A stretch of DNA of 64,000 bases, taken from contig CAAFYZ010000031.1 in assembly GCA_900767415.1 (NCBI GenBank), positions 22,082 to 86,081 on the forward strand. Direction: 5' to 3'. Made by a program: the position numbers and the translations under genes. The notes under the pieces were generated by a model. It saw nothing but the letters and a program-made list of their open reading frames with translations, had not been told where the DNA came from and made no database searches. This DNA comes from Clostridia bacterium. GTDB taxonomy: Bacteria > Bacillota > Clostridia > Oscillospirales > CAG-272. Position 1 is the stretch's first letter. Each line of letters starts with the position of its first letter. This document shows positions 28,721 to 38,652 of this stretch, piece after piece.

Positions 28721-31700
28721 ATGAATCGGAAGCGTCTTTGTTCCGTCCTTCTTTCCGTCGCTCTTCTGCTCCCCTGCGTCCCCGCCATCGCATCGGAACA
28801 GCCGACGACGGGAAAAGTCCTTCCCGCGGAGATTGCTCCTGCCCCGGACGGCGCGCGTGCCATTCTCTCCATGACCTTTGACGACGGAGACTACGACACC
28901 GCCGTGTGGCTTGACAGCGAGTTTGAAAAGTACGGACTCGCCGGCTCCTGTATGCTGATTGTCGGAAAAAATATTGCCGATACCTACGATCCGACAAACA
29001 CAAGGTATCTCCGATGGAAAGAGCTGTTCGCCAAAGGACATCTTGAGCCGCAGTCCCATACCATGACCCACGACCCCATTCCTTCGGAAAGTTGGGCGAC
29101 GGGGAACAACGAAAAGCACATTTATAATAATACACAGGCGAAATATAAGTATGAGCTGATCGACTCCCGCGACCTTCTCCGCCGGTATTTCCCGGAGCAG
29201 GACATTCTGACCCTCGCCACCTCCAACAACACCCTGTCCACTTGGACGTTTGCCACCGAAGCGGACGGGACGTTGAAAAAGGATGCCGACGGCAATTATA
29301 TCAAATTGCAGGACGGCGGTGCCACCGCCGTCGCGCGCGGGGCATACTATGCCGTCCGACAGGGGGCACGCGGTCTGCAATCCCTCTCGCCCGATACCGC
29401 CTCCGACGACGCCGGTTCGTGGCGCAGTCTGTATATGCACCGCTTTTCGGATGCCGACATTGAAAAAGGCAAGGCGTGGATCGATGACGCCGTGACAAAG
29501 GGCGGCTGGCTCATCACGCTCTCTCACGGCATCACCGCCACCTCCGGCGACTACAAAATGGCGGATGCGGACGCGTTCTTTGTCCATGCGGCAAGGTACG
29601 TTGCCTCCGGCGAACTCTGGTGCGCCACCTTCTCCGAGGCGACCCGCTATGTGCGCGAGCGGCAGAATTCCACCGTCCGCGCCGTTGCCACCGAGAGCGG
29701 ATTCCGCGTCGGTGTCACGCTCGCCGCGATGACCGAGGACGGTCTGCCTCTGCCGGCAGACGTGTTCAATTACCCCCTGACGGTCAACGTCGAGGTTCCG
29801 GGCGACGTCCGTGCCGCGTCCTATGTCGAAGGGGGCGTGACCCGCTACACCGATGCCTTCACCTCAGACGGCAAGAACTATGTCGCCGTCCGTGTGGTAC
29901 CCGGGACGGAGGTGGAGGTCACCTCCATGAGGACGATCCGCACCGCCTCTCTGAACCCTGCCGCCGCCGTGACCGTTGTCAGCGACGGGGCGACCGTGAC
30001 GGATTCTCTGACGGTCAGTGCCGGGAACGTCTATACCGCGGGAAAAGCACGGAAAGTCTATCTGAAACTCTCCCTTTCCGACCTTACCGAAGGCGGGCGC
30101 GTCTTCCTGCCTCTCAGCGTTACCGCCGCTGCCAAAGGCACGGTGTACGTATGGGGCAGTGACGATGCCGCGTGGGATCCCGCGGCGACCGACCCCGCCG
30201 CCTATCCCGCCAATGCGATATTGCAATACGGTGTCAACCCCTCTGCCGTCTTTGGCGGCAAAGCACTCGCCGAGGTTTCGGTGGACGGGGCGGGGGAATA
30301 TCCCGTGGAGATCACGGACTTCGTGAACGCTCTGCGCGCCGACGGTAAGACGGAGGCGACCGTGATTCTCACCACCGATACCGAGGGCGGCAGGTGCGAG
30401 ATCCCCCTTGCTTTCGACCGTCTGACCCGTATGCCCGCATATTCTTACACGCAGAACTTCGAGAAGAACGACTGCGGCTTGGTACAGGCGGGCGTCGAGA
30501 CGGGCGATCTGCAGACCGTGGACGACACCGACAACCGCACGGAAGGCGGCAGCCGCGCGCTCCATATGCTCACCGGTGCAACCTATCAGCGTATGTTCCT
30601 GCCCTTCATTCTCAACCGCGAAAATACCGTCACCGACGCCGACATCGGCAACGCTTACACCCTCACTATGTGGTATAAGGTCAGTCGGGCGGGCACTTTC
30701 CGTATCGGTATGGCGGACGGTAAAGGACGTGGCACCGCCTGCGACCAGCCGAAGGACGTCACCGTGAGTGCGGAGCAGGTGGGCACATGGCAAAAGCTGA
30801 CCTATTCTTTTACCGTGACCGAGACGATGCAGACCGGTCACAAGAATGCTCCCTATTCGTATCTTATCATCTTTGCGAACGGATGCGGACAGAAGAAAAC
30901 CGATCGCGTCGATCTCTGGTTTGACGATCTGCACGTCGAGCGCACCGACAGCGTCGGAACGGTTCTGATTCCTACGGTGCAGACCGCCGTCGGCGCAGAC
31001 AGCACCCACGCGCTCTCCGTGGTCGCCGACGCTACGGTGAAAACGGCGGGCATCCGTAAGGCATACGCCGCCTTCCGTCTCCCCGCAGGCACCCGCAGCG
31101 GCACCCTGACTTTAAGACTTCCCGCCGCCGACGGACACATCGCTCTCTATGCCGTGCCCGCGGGCTTGCCCGATGCTCCCGATTATGACAACGTACCTGC
31201 CGCCTCCGTCGGAGAGGTCCCCGATCTTTCTGCCGTCTTTGGCGGTAAGGCACTGTGGGAGGGGGTCGCCGACGGCACGGAGATCTCCCTTGCTTTGCCG
31301 CTCAATCTGCTTTCGGCATCGGAAGACCTGACCCTGATTCTTACGAGTACCGACGCTACGGGCGCGACTTTTTCCGCTCCTGCGATGAGCGTTTCCTATG
31401 CAACAAACGAAAAAGAACATACCGTCACGATCCGAAACGGCACCGTCACGACCCGCATGAGCGGTTTTGACATTACACTTCCCACGATAGCATCGGCGTA
31501 TTTCGATACGGAGGGGAACCTGTATGCCGCCGGCGATGTTCTGTCCCCGACGGGAGATCTCACACTGACCGCTCTGCGCTACGAACAGCGCACCGGTGCG
31601 GCACTCTCCCTGAGCGGTGACGTGCGCCTGCGCTATGAGGCGGTTGCCGACGCGGCGACGGCGGCTTATATGGCGTCGCTCCCCGAGGGGACGCGCTGTG

Positions 31701-32035
31701 AGGTGACGGGTTCGGACGGACAACGTGCACTCATCGGTACATCCGCGGGCGACGGCGTATACACTTACGAATTTGCGGCGGATCGCGACGGCGACTATAC
31801 GATGACTTCCGCACTGGTCTTTACGCAGAACGGCAGGACCTTTACCGTTGCCGCAAAACATAATAAAAAAGGGCATCGACGTACGCTTTTGCAGGTTGCG
31901 GATGCCGCGTATACGGACAGACGGACACAGAAGTCGGCGGACTATCCTTACCTGACCGCAGACGGAGATTACAGCCCTTACGGCGGAAAAGACCTTGCCC
32001 GCCTTGCCGAATACCGCAGGGACACGAAAGATTGA
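28721..32035 (+). CDS. Secreted polysaccharide deacetylase (CE4/NodB-like) with long beta-rich C-terminal modules
   Basis: Signal peptide [26 protein letters not shown], and NodB motifs MTFDDGDYD and PQSHTMTHD. The start could be 28709 or 28721; the track start at 28658 is less likely. Confidence 0.85.
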   Translation: MNRKRLCSVLLSVALLLPCVPAIASEQPTTGKVLPAEIAPAPDGARAILSMTFDDGDYDTAVWLDSEFEKYGLAGSCMLIVGKNIADTYDPTNTRYLRWKELFAKGHLEPQSHTMTHDPIPSESWATGNNEKHIYNNTQAKYKYELIDSRDLLRRYFPEQDILTLATSNNTLSTWTFATEADGTLKKDADGNYIKLQDGGATAVARGAYYAVRQGARGLQSLSPDTASDDAGSWRSLYMHRFSDADIEKGKAWIDDAVTKGGWLITLSHGITATSGDYKMADADAFFVHAARYVASGELWCATFSEATRYVRERQNSTVRAVATESGFRVGVTLAAMTEDGLPLPADVFNYPLTVNVEVPGDVRAASYVEGGVTRYTDAFTSDGKNYVAVRVVPGTEVEVTSMRTIRTASLNPAAAVTVVSDGATVTDSLTVSAGNVYTAGKARKVYLKLSLSDLTEGGRVFLPLSVTAAAKGTVYVWGSDDAAWDPAATDPAAYPANAILQYGVNPSAVFGGKALAEVSVDGAGEYPVEITDFVNALRADGKTEATVILTTDTEGGRCEIPLAFDRLTRMPAYSYTQNFEKNDCGLVQAGVETGDLQTVDDTDNRTEGGSRALHMLTGATYQRMFLPFILNRENTVTDADIGNAYTLTMWYKVSRAGTFRIGMADGKGRGTACDQPKDVTVSAEQVGTWQKLTYSFTVTETMQTGHKNAPYSYLIIFANGCGQKKTDRVDLWFDDLHVERTDSVGTVLIPTVQTAVGADSTHALSVVADATVKTAGIRKAYAAFRLPAGTRSGTLTLRLPAADGHIALYAVPAGLPDAPDYDNVPAASVGEVPDLSAVFGGKALWEGVADGTEISLALPLNLLSASEDLTLILTSTDATGATFSAPAMSVSYATNEKEHTVTIRNGTVTTRMSGFDITLPTIASAYFDTEGNLYAAGDVLSPTGDLTLTALRYEQRTGAALSLSGDVRLRYEAVADAATAAYMASLPEGTRCEVTGSDGQRALIGTSAGDGVYTYEFAADRDGDYTMTSALVFTQNGRTFTVAAKHNKKGHRRTLLQVADAAYTDRRTQKSADYPYLTADGDYSPYGGKDLARLAEYRRDTKD

Positions 32036-32048
32036 GAGGAAAACCGAA

Positions 32049-32393
32049 ATGAAAGCCATGATAAAACATCTTCTTCCGCTCCTTATCGTCTGCCTTCTTT
32101 GCGGTGCGATTCTCGTCTCCTGCGGACCGGAACCCGCACCGACCCCGGGCGGAAATCCGGGAACCGAAGAACCCGCGCCGACCCCGGGCGGAAATCCGGG
32201 GACCGAAGAACCCGCACCGAATCCGGGTGGAAATCCGGGGACCGAAGAGCCCGCGCCGACTCCGGGCGGAAATCCGGGGACCGAAGAACCCGCGCCGACC
32301 CCGGGCGGAAATCCCGGAACCGAAGAACCGGATCCTGCACCGGAACAGCCGGACGATTCCTTCTCCGGCAAAGACTTTACGAAATACTATTGA
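32049..32393 (+). CDS. Small lipoprotein with five tandem 13-aa Pro/Gly/Thr/Glu repeats
   Basis: [26 protein letters not shown] carries the lipobox LVSC. It is followed by ([13 protein letters not shown])x5 and the tail [16 protein letters not shown] at 32049 follows GAGAGGAAAA. Confidence 0.8.
   Translation: MKAMIKHLLPLLIVCLLCGAILVSCGPEPAPTPGGNPGTEEPAPTPGGNPGTEEPAPNPGGNPGTEEPAPTPGGNPGTEEPAPTPGGNPGTEEPDPAPEQPDDSFSGKDFTKYY
32130..32324 (+). repeat. 5 x 39-bp in-frame tandem repeat
   Basis: Units begin at 32130, 32169, 32208, 32247 and 32286. They differ only at a few mostly synonymous positions plus one T-to-N codon change in unit 3. Confidence 0.9.
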
Positions 32394-32421
32394 TTTTGTA
32401 AAGATAACTTGTCATATACAC

Positions 32422-32472
32422 AAAAACTTTGCGGGTTCGCACGGATTCATGCCGAACCCGCAAAGTTTTTTT
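32422..32472. terminator. Bidirectional terminator
   Basis: AAAAACTTTGCGGGTTCG-CACGGATTCATGC-CGAACCCGCAAAGTTTTTTT. Confidence 0.8.
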
Positions 32473-32624
32473 CGTTTTTTTTTCGCTCGGAATTTTGGAG
32501 ACTTCAAAGCGAAAGCACCACGCTTTTTCGGACTTCGCCGCGGAAAACGAAAGGACTGTCGGAGACGGACGGATAACCGACCGCAGCGACAGCCCTTTTT
32601 TTATTTTTAACGGGAAAAATCGGT

Positions 32625-35513
32625 TTACAGTTCGAGCCGCACGGGGAGTTCGTCGCCGCAGGCATCGAGCGCGTCTTTTTCACCGACGACGCAGAGTGCG
32701 GCGTGCTCCGCCGCCTTTTCGATCCGGTCGGCGAGAGCGAGAAGATCTTCCTTCGTCGTTCTTATCGTCTCTTTGCGCAGACGGACGATATCCTCGTAGG
32801 TGATCCCCTGACGGTAGTTCACCGAGGCGAGAAGTCCCTTCATGCTCGGGGAGAGAAGCGGCTCGGAAGCCGCGACGGCACCGATGATATATTTTGTCAG
32901 GTCGGTCGTCTCCGCGGCAAAGGTACGGAGAAACTCCGGGCACTTACGATAGCAGGCAAGACTGCGCGCCGCGTCCGGGTCGCGGTAGGAATAGCAGAAA
33001 AACGTTCCGTTCCGCCGCGCGCCGAAACCCGCACCGTAGGCACCGCCCTGTACACGCACGGCGTTCCAGAGGTATTCGAGCGACAGGATTTTCTGTGCGA
33101 CGCTTATTGCACCCGTCGGGGGAAGATTGTCTTTTCCCACCAGCACGGCGAAAGAAATCTGCGCCGGGATCACGATGCCTTCTCCCGCCGTGTCGAGGAG
33201 CGGGCAGGTGGCGGAGGCGGGCGGGGTGACGCCGTCGGACTTCAAAGAGGCGAGAAGAGATGCAAGGAAGTCGGTCTCCCGCTTTCCCGTCAGACTGACG
33301 GTGAGACGCTCTTTGGTGAAGATTTTCCCGGCAAGAGCGGCGAGTGCCTCTGCCGTCTCTTTGCCCGTATTTTCAAAGGTTCTGTCTTTTTCTTTGAGGA
33401 AACGGTAGGACTCATACCCGCTGAACAGCTCTTCGATCGCGGCGGCGGCAGAGCAGTGCGCCTCGGCACGCTTGATCGCCGCGGCGTGTCCCGAGGCGAC
33501 GAAGAATTCTTCGCTCTCGAGGTTTATCTGGCGGAGAATGTGTCCGATCGCTTCGGTATCGGAAAAATCGGTACGATAGAGAATTTCATCGAGAATCTCC
33601 GTGATTTTCCCGCGGTTTTCTTCCAGGGCACTGACCCCGACGCAAAAGTCCGCGTACGTCTCGCCCGCGGGGCGTCTTCGCTCGCCCGAGCTGACGGAGA
33701 AGTTCACCGTGCCGAGCCACGTCTTGACCTCGTCCTGCAGGGCGAGCGCATCGTAATGCTCGGTGTCGAGCTGACCGAGTACCGAGACGAGCAGGGGAAG
33801 GGTGAGGAGTTCTTCCCGCGAGAGATCGTTTACCGAAAAGAGAAGATCGAGATAGACGATCCCGTCGGTGTTGACGTTGTGATAGAGGAGGGGCGTGTCG
33901 CCGATCTTTGCGGCTTCATTCGGGAGTTTTTCGGGTTTGTCGGAGATGTCCGAGATCGAAAGGGCGGGGAGCGTCGCCCGCGCCTCTTCGCTGTCCTCGG
34001 TCTCCTGCCAGGTGCGCAGTTCCTTGCTCTCGCGGATAATTTTCGCGAGCTCGTCCTTGCCGAGCGACGCCTTAAGGTTTGCCATGCGGGCTTTTTCCGC
34101 CGCCGCACGCTCTTCTCCGAGCGTCTGCGACGGGAGCATGATCAGGGTCGCGCGGTGCGGGTTTTCGAGGAACACGTCACGGAGTACACGCTCGAAATAT
34201 CCGTTCTCCGCCTCGCGACGGAGCGTTGCCATCGTCTCGCCGAAGGAGAGGTTCTGCGCAGGGTCTCCGTCGTAGAGCCATGTTTCGAGCGAGGAGATCG
34301 CGTAGGCGAGTCCGCGGGGCGTCGTGCCGTAATCCCGCTCTTTGAGACGGAATTCGAGACTGTTCAGCGAGGCGGTCAACCGCTTTTTATCAAGTCCCGC
34401 CGCCGCTTCGGTAAAGACGCGGTTTACCGTCTCGAGGAGTACCGGGATTTTTTCTTCCTCGGTGTTCCGCAGCTCCAGCGTGACGATGGACTGACGGATC
34501 CCGTCATAGGGACAGAGTTCGACGTCTTCGCACAGCCCCGCAGAGAGGAGTGCTTTTTTCAGAGGTGCCTCGTTTGTCCCGACCAGAAGATCGAAGAGGA
34601 CGCGGAGGGCGATCTGCTTTGCCTGTTCGTCATAGCGGAACCCGCCGTATCCGAGCGCGACGCGCACCTTCCCCTTCGTCTCTTCGGCAGGGGAGATCTC
34701 GTAGTATTTTTTCACCGGTGCGGGGGCGACGGGGGATTGCTCGGGGATCGGGGCGTCGATCTCTGCCTTTTCGTAAGGGGAGAGGAAAGAGTCGAGAAGG
34801 GGGAGCACCTCGTCGAGATTTACCGACCCGTCAAGGAAAATACGCGCGTTGGAGGGGTGATAATACTTCCCGTGGAAGTAAAGAAATTTTTCGTACGTGA
34901 GCGTCGTGACAGCACCCGGCTCGCCGCCCGAATCCTTGCCGTAGCAGAGATCGGGGAACATTAACTTCGTCATCTCCTCCGAGATCACCTCGTCGACCGA
35001 GGAATAAGCACCCTTCATCTCGTTGAGAACGACGCCGACGCACTTCATCTCCTCCTCTTCGGAGAAGAGCTCATAGTGCCAGCCCTCCTGACGGAAAATG
35101 CGCGGGTCATGCAGAATCATCGGATGCAGTACCGCGTCCATATAGACGTTGATTAAGTTCAGATAATCCTTGTCGTTTCGGCTGGAGATCGGGTACATCG
35201 TCTTGTCGGGAAAGGTCATAGCGTTAAGAAATGTTTGCATTGAGCCCTTTAACAAGTCGACAAACGGTTCTTTTACCGGGAATTTATCCGATCCGCAGAG
35301 CACGGAATGTTCGATAATATGGAAGACGCCCGTATCGTCTTCCGGAATGGTTTTGAACGTGACGGCGAAGGTTTTGTTCTCGTCTTCACGCTCGAGAAAA
35401 ACCAGTTCCGCTCCGTTTTTTTCATAGACCATGCGCCACAGGACGGCGCCGATCTCGGGAAGTTCCTGCCGCCGCGTAACGCGGAAGCCGAAAAGAAGTT
35501 CTCCGACTTTCAT
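32625..35513 (-). CDS. M16C-family (insulinase/PreP-like) zinc metallopeptidase
   Basis: Inverted zincin motif HIIEH in FHIIEHSVLCGSDKFP. The 962-aa length and architecture are typical of PreP-like M16C enzymes. Confidence 0.92.
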   Translation of the reverse strand: MKVGELLFGFRVTRRQELPEIGAVLWRMVYEKNGAELVFLEREDENKTFAVTFKTIPEDDTGVFHIIEHSVLCGSDKFPVKEPFVDLLKGSMQTFLNAMTFPDKTMYPISSRNDKDYLNLINVYMDAVLHPMILHDPRIFRQEGWHYELFSEEEEMKCVGVVLNEMKGAYSSVDEVISEEMTKLMFPDLCYGKDSGGEPGAVTTLTYEKFLYFHGKYYHPSNARIFLDGSVNLDEVLPLLDSFLSPYEKAEIDAPIPEQSPVAPAPVKKYYEISPAEETKGKVRVALGYGGFRYDEQAKQIALRVLFDLLVGTNEAPLKKALLSAGLCEDVELCPYDGIRQSIVTLELRNTEEEKIPVLLETVNRVFTEAAAGLDKKRLTASLNSLEFRLKERDYGTTPRGLAYAISSLETWLYDGDPAQNLSFGETMATLRREAENGYFERVLRDVFLENPHRATLIMLPSQTLGEERAAAEKARMANLKASLGKDELAKIIRESKELRTWQETEDSEEARATLPALSISDISDKPEKLPNEAAKIGDTPLLYHNVNTDGIVYLDLLFSVNDLSREELLTLPLLVSVLGQLDTEHYDALALQDEVKTWLGTVNFSVSSGERRRPAGETYADFCVGVSALEENRGKITEILDEILYRTDFSDTEAIGHILRQINLESEEFFVASGHAAAIKRAEAHCSAAAAIEELFSGYESYRFLKEKDRTFENTGKETAEALAALAGKIFTKERLTVSLTGKRETDFLASLLASLKSDGVTPPASATCPLLDTAGEGIVIPAQISFAVLVGKDNLPPTGAISVAQKILSLEYLWNAVRVQGGAYGAGFGARRNGTFFCYSYRDPDAARSLACYRKCPEFLRTFAAETTDLTKYIIGAVAASEPLLSPSMKGLLASVNYRQGITYEDIVRLRKETIRTTKEDLLALADRIEKAAEHAALCVVGEKDALDACGDELPVRLEL

Positions 35514-35615
35514 CTTGTTTTCTCCTTATTTTACAGTAACTGTGGTATCAATGATTTCAGTATACCATACCGAAAAATAAAAGTCAATCAAACGCCGCTT
35601 TTTTCTTTTTCCCTC

Positions 35616-35644
35616 TTGACAATTCTCTCAGCGTGTGATATGAT
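35616..35644 (+). promoter_or_regulatory. Sigma-A-type promoter for the SPFH gene
   Basis: TTGACA (35616-35621), 17-nt spacer, TATGAT (35639-35644). Confidence 0.6.
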
Positions 35645-35676
35645 TATGATATCAAATCAATATAACGGAGGTTTTC

Positions 35677-36681
35677 ATGATGAAAGAAACGGTACTCGAA
35701 GGTAAGAAGAACGGCATGACAGTCCTTGTCTTCACGTTTTTCGGTCTGCTCGCCGCGATCGCCATTACGGTCGTCGGGGGGATCACGGACATTCCCGCGG
35801 TGATTGCAATCGGCGTCGTATGGCTCTCGCTCGGCTGGATCCCTTTTGTCGGGCTGAAGGTTCTGAAGCCGCAGGAGGCACTCGTCCTCACTCTCTTCGG
35901 CAAGTATATCGGTACGCTGAAAGGCGAGGGATTCTATTTTGTCAATCCTTTTGCCGTCGCGGTGAACCCCGCCGCCGCCACGAAACTGAATCAGAGCGGC
36001 GATGTCAAAAGCCAGATGCACCTTTCCACAGGGGATAAAGAAGGTGCCGTGACGCTGGAGCTTCCCACGAAGAAGATGTCCTTAAAAATGATGACCCTGA
36101 ACAACAACCGTCAGAAGATCAACGACTGCCTCGGCAACCCCGTGGAGATCGGGATCGCCGTCATCTGGCGCATCGTCGATACGGCAAAGGCGGCGTTCAA
36201 CGTCGATAACTACAAGGAATTCCTCTCTCTGCAATGCGACAGTGCCCTGCGCAATATCGTCCGCATCTACCCCTACGACGTCGCACCGAACGTCGATACG
36301 ACGGGTGACGGCATCGCCGACGAGGGGAGTCTGCGCGGTTCGAGCGAGGTCGTCGCCGAGAGAATCCGCGCGGAAATTCAGACGAAGGTAGAATCGGCGG
36401 GGCTTGAGATTGTCGAGGCGCGCATCACCTATCTTGCCTACGCGCCCGAGATCGCCGCCGTCATGCTGCAAAGACAGCAGGCATCCGCCATCATTGACGC
36501 GAGAAAGATGATCGTCGACGGCGCGGTCGGCATGGTGGAGATGGCACTGGAACGTCTGAGCGCGAACGGGACGATCGTCCTTGACGAAGAGAGAAAAGCG
36601 GCAATGGTATCCAACCTTCTTGTCGTCCTTTGCGGCAATCGCGACGCACAGCCGGTCGTAAATTCGGGAAGTCTCTATTGA
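35677..36681 (+). CDS. SPFH/Band-7 domain membrane protein
   Basis: Two N-terminal TM helices followed by [30 protein letters not shown]...[28 protein letters not shown]. Confidence 0.9.
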   Translation: MMKETVLEGKKNGMTVLVFTFFGLLAAIAITVVGGITDIPAVIAIGVVWLSLGWIPFVGLKVLKPQEALVLTLFGKYIGTLKGEGFYFVNPFAVAVNPAAATKLNQSGDVKSQMHLSTGDKEGAVTLELPTKKMSLKMMTLNNNRQKINDCLGNPVEIGIAVIWRIVDTAKAAFNVDNYKEFLSLQCDSALRNIVRIYPYDVAPNVDTTGDGIADEGSLRGSSEVVAERIRAEIQTKVESAGLEIVEARITYLAYAPEIAAVMLQRQQASAIIDARKMIVDGAVGMVEMALERLSANGTIVLDEERKAAMVSNLLVVLCGNRDAQPVVNSGSLY

Positions 36682-36682
36682 C

Positions 36683-36853
36683 ATGGCGGAAGAGAAAAAG
36701 CAGGTTCCTCTCCGCCTCTCGAAACCCCTCTATGACGCCCTCGCCGCATGGGCGTCGGATGAATTCCGCTCGGTCAACGGACAGATCGAATATCTTCTGA
36801 CCGAATGTGTCCGTCGCCGCGCCGGGCAGGGAAAAGGAAAAGAAAAAGAGTAA
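36683..36853 (+). CDS. Small ribbon-helix-helix (Arc/CopG-like) protein, 56 aa
   Basis: Below the ORF-track size cut-off. The ATG lies 1 nt after the SPFH stop. [56 protein letters not shown] shows a beta-strand/helix/helix pattern. Confidence 0.7.
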   Translation: MAEEKKQVPLRLSKPLYDALAAWASDEFRSVNGQIEYLLTECVRRRAGQGKGKEKE

Positions 36854-36860
36854 AAAAAGG

Positions 36861-36900
36861 AAGATCGGGTACCATAGAAGGCGGTATCCGATCTTTTTTT
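36861..36900 (+). terminator. Terminator after the SPFH-RHH pair
   Basis: AAGATCGGGTACC-ATAGAAGGC-GGTATCCGATCTT followed by TTTTTT. Confidence 0.75.
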
Positions 36901-36951
36901 CGCTCTTTGCCTTCCGGGAAAATAAAAATATCGGGAATTTTGAAAAAGTAC

Positions 36952-36998
36952 TTGACAAACAGATTTAGAATGAGTATAATATTTATAGAATCATTCTA
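36952..36998 (+). promoter_or_regulatory. Promoter plus Fur/PerR-type box upstream of the Fur-family gene
   Basis: TTGACA (36952-36957), 17-nt spacer, TATAAT (36975-36980). A perfect 6-1-6 palindrome TAGAAT-C-ATTCTA lies at 36986-36998, just downstream of the -10. A weaker TTAGAATGAGTATAA overlaps the -10. Confidence 0.6.
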
Positions 36999-37010
36999 AA
37001 AGGAAACGAT

Positions 37011-37388
37011 ATGACGAAACAAAGGCAGGCAGTTGCCGGAGTTCTTTACGATGCGGGCGGACATCTTTCGGCGGAGGACGTGTTCCGCCTTGCGAAAGAG
37101 CGACTCCCGTCGATCTCCCGCGCAACGGTGTATAACAATCTTCATGCGATGGAAGAAGAGAAGAGCATCCGCCGCATTACCGTGGACGGCGCGGATCTTT
37201 ATGACAGGGCATACGCCCCGCACCCGCACCTCATCTGCGACAGGTGCGGCAGGGTAGAGGATCTTCCGCTCCCGTGGTTAGACGATCGGCTGACCGAGGC
37301 GCTCGGTGAACGACCGACGTCTTACGAATTCAAGATCGGCTATATTTGCCCGTCTTGTCACGAAAAAGAACAAAAAAGCAAACAATAA
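37011..37388 (+). CDS. Fur family transcriptional regulator (PerR-like by context)
   Basis: The DNA-binding helix ATVYNNLHAMEE and two CxxC pairs (CDRCGRV, CPSCH) are present. The gene lies immediately upstream of rubrerythrin. Confidence 0.85.
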   Translation: MTKQRQAVAGVLYDAGGHLSAEDVFRLAKERLPSISRATVYNNLHAMEEEKSIRRITVDGADLYDRAYAPHPHLICDRCGRVEDLPLPWLDDRLTEALGERPTSYEFKIGYICPSCHEKEQKSKQ

Positions 37389-37415
37389 TTTACATTTATT
37401 TAAGGAGAAACAAAA

Positions 37416-37949
37416 ATGGAACTCAAAGGAACCAAAACCGAAAAGAATCTGATGACCGCCTTCGCCGGTGAATCCCAGGCGAGAAACAAGTATACCTACT
37501 TCGCCTCCGTCGCGAAGAAGGAAGGGTATGAGCAGATCGCGGAGATCTTTCTGAAGACCGCAGAGAACGAAAAAGAGCACGCGAAGATGTGGTTCAAAGA
37601 ACTCGGCGGGCTCGGCACCACGGCAGAGAACCTTGCCGCCGCGGCAGCCGGCGAAAACTATGAGTGGACCGATATGTATGAGCAGTTCGCAAAAGAGGCG
37701 GAGGAAGAAGGATTCCCCGCACTCGCCTACCGCTTCCGCGCCGTCGGTGCCATCGAGAAGGCGCACGAGGAGAGATACCGCGCTCTGCTTTCCAACGTGG
37801 AGATGCAGAAAGTCTTTGAGAAGGGTGAGATGACCATGTGGGAGTGCCGCAACTGCGGACACCTCGTCATGGGGGTAAAAGCACCGGCGGTCTGCCCCGT
37901 CTGCGCACATCCGCAGAGCTTCTTTGAAGTAAGAAAAGAAAACTATTGA
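37416..37949 (+). CDS. rbr: Rubrerythrin
   Basis: Diiron four-helix motifs ([17 protein letters not shown]) and a C-terminal rubredoxin-like CRNCGH...CPVCAH. Confidence 0.92.
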   Translation: MELKGTKTEKNLMTAFAGESQARNKYTYFASVAKKEGYEQIAEIFLKTAENEKEHAKMWFKELGGLGTTAENLAAAAAGENYEWTDMYEQFAKEAEEEGFPALAYRFRAVGAIEKAHEERYRALLSNVEMQKVFEKGEMTMWECRNCGHLVMGVKAPAVCPVCAHPQSFFEVRKENY

Positions 37950-37965
37950 GTTTTCGGCAATATCG

Positions 37966-37997
37966 AAAAAAAGAGGTCGCTTTGACCTCTTTTTTTC
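37966..37997 (+). terminator. Terminator after rbr
   Basis: AAAAAAGAGGTC-GCTTT-GACCTCTTTTTTT. Confidence 0.85.
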
Positions 37998-38139
37998 ATC
38001 TCCGAAGGCAGGCAAAGACGCGAAAAAAAGCGGATTCTCAACGGTTGTTGATCTTCTGTTGAAGAAAAATTGCAGTTTTTCGTCTATAATACAGAATGCA
38101 AAATGTCGTTTCGACACATTTCGCAAAAGGGGGAGAAAA

Positions 38140-38652
38140 ATGGTAGGGTGTATTCTGTATATCGCCGCGATCGAGCTGCTCGCCTTCCCGCTCGGGAGGT
38201 TGGTGCCGAAATCGTGGTTTTTGCCCGACCGCTTTCCCTTTCGCACCTATGCCGCGGAGGAAGGGCTGTACACCCGTCTGAAAGTGCGCCGCTGGCAGAA
38301 AAAACTGCCCGATATGAGTCGCATCTTCCCGACGCTCATGCCGCCGAAGAATCTGACGGGAGACTTCGCCGACCGATTGCCGCTGATGATAGCGGAGACC
38401 TGCGTCGCGGAACTGACGCACGCGCTCCTCGCTCTCGCGGGATTTTTCTGTCTCGCACTTTGGCAGGGGGCGGGCGGCCTTCTGTTTTCTCTCGGCTGCC
38501 TTGCGGCGAACCTGCCGTACGTTGTGATTCAGCGGTACAACCGCCCGCGTCTTATGCGCCTTCTTTCCACGATGCCAAAGAGGGAAAAAACGACCGAAAA
38601 TAAAACGACGGCAGAAAAGAATCTGCGTCTGAATCCGGAGGAAAATCAGTGA
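38140..38652 (+). CDS. CrtO-like (glycosyl-4,4'-diaponeurosporenoate acyltransferase family) membrane protein
   Basis: LKVRRWQKKLPDMS, ETCVAELTHALL and the C-terminal VVIQRYNRPRLMRLL resemble the motifs I recall from S. aureus CrtO. ATG at 38140 follows AAGGGGGAG. Confidence 0.7.
   Translation: MVGCILYIAAIELLAFPLGRLVPKSWFLPDRFPFRTYAAEEGLYTRLKVRRWQKKLPDMSRIFPTLMPPKNLTGDFADRLPLMIAETCVAELTHALLALAGFFCLALWQGAGGLLFSLGCLAANLPYVVIQRYNRPRLMRLLSTMPKREKTTENKTTAEKNLRLNPEENQ

Noticed and set aside
32130-32324. Regular 39-bp repeats that could superficially resemble a CRISPR array.
   Set aside because: The repeats are directly adjacent with no spacers. They are in frame inside a lipoprotein ORF and encode a Pro/Gly-rich peptide repeat. 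No cas genes are present.
28367-32400. An isolated tRNA-Val followed by secreted-enzyme genes, considered as a possible genomic-island integration site.
   Set aside because: I saw no integrase, recombinase or other mobility gene, and no direct repeat of the tRNA 3' end downstream. Composition and codon bias look like the rest of the window.
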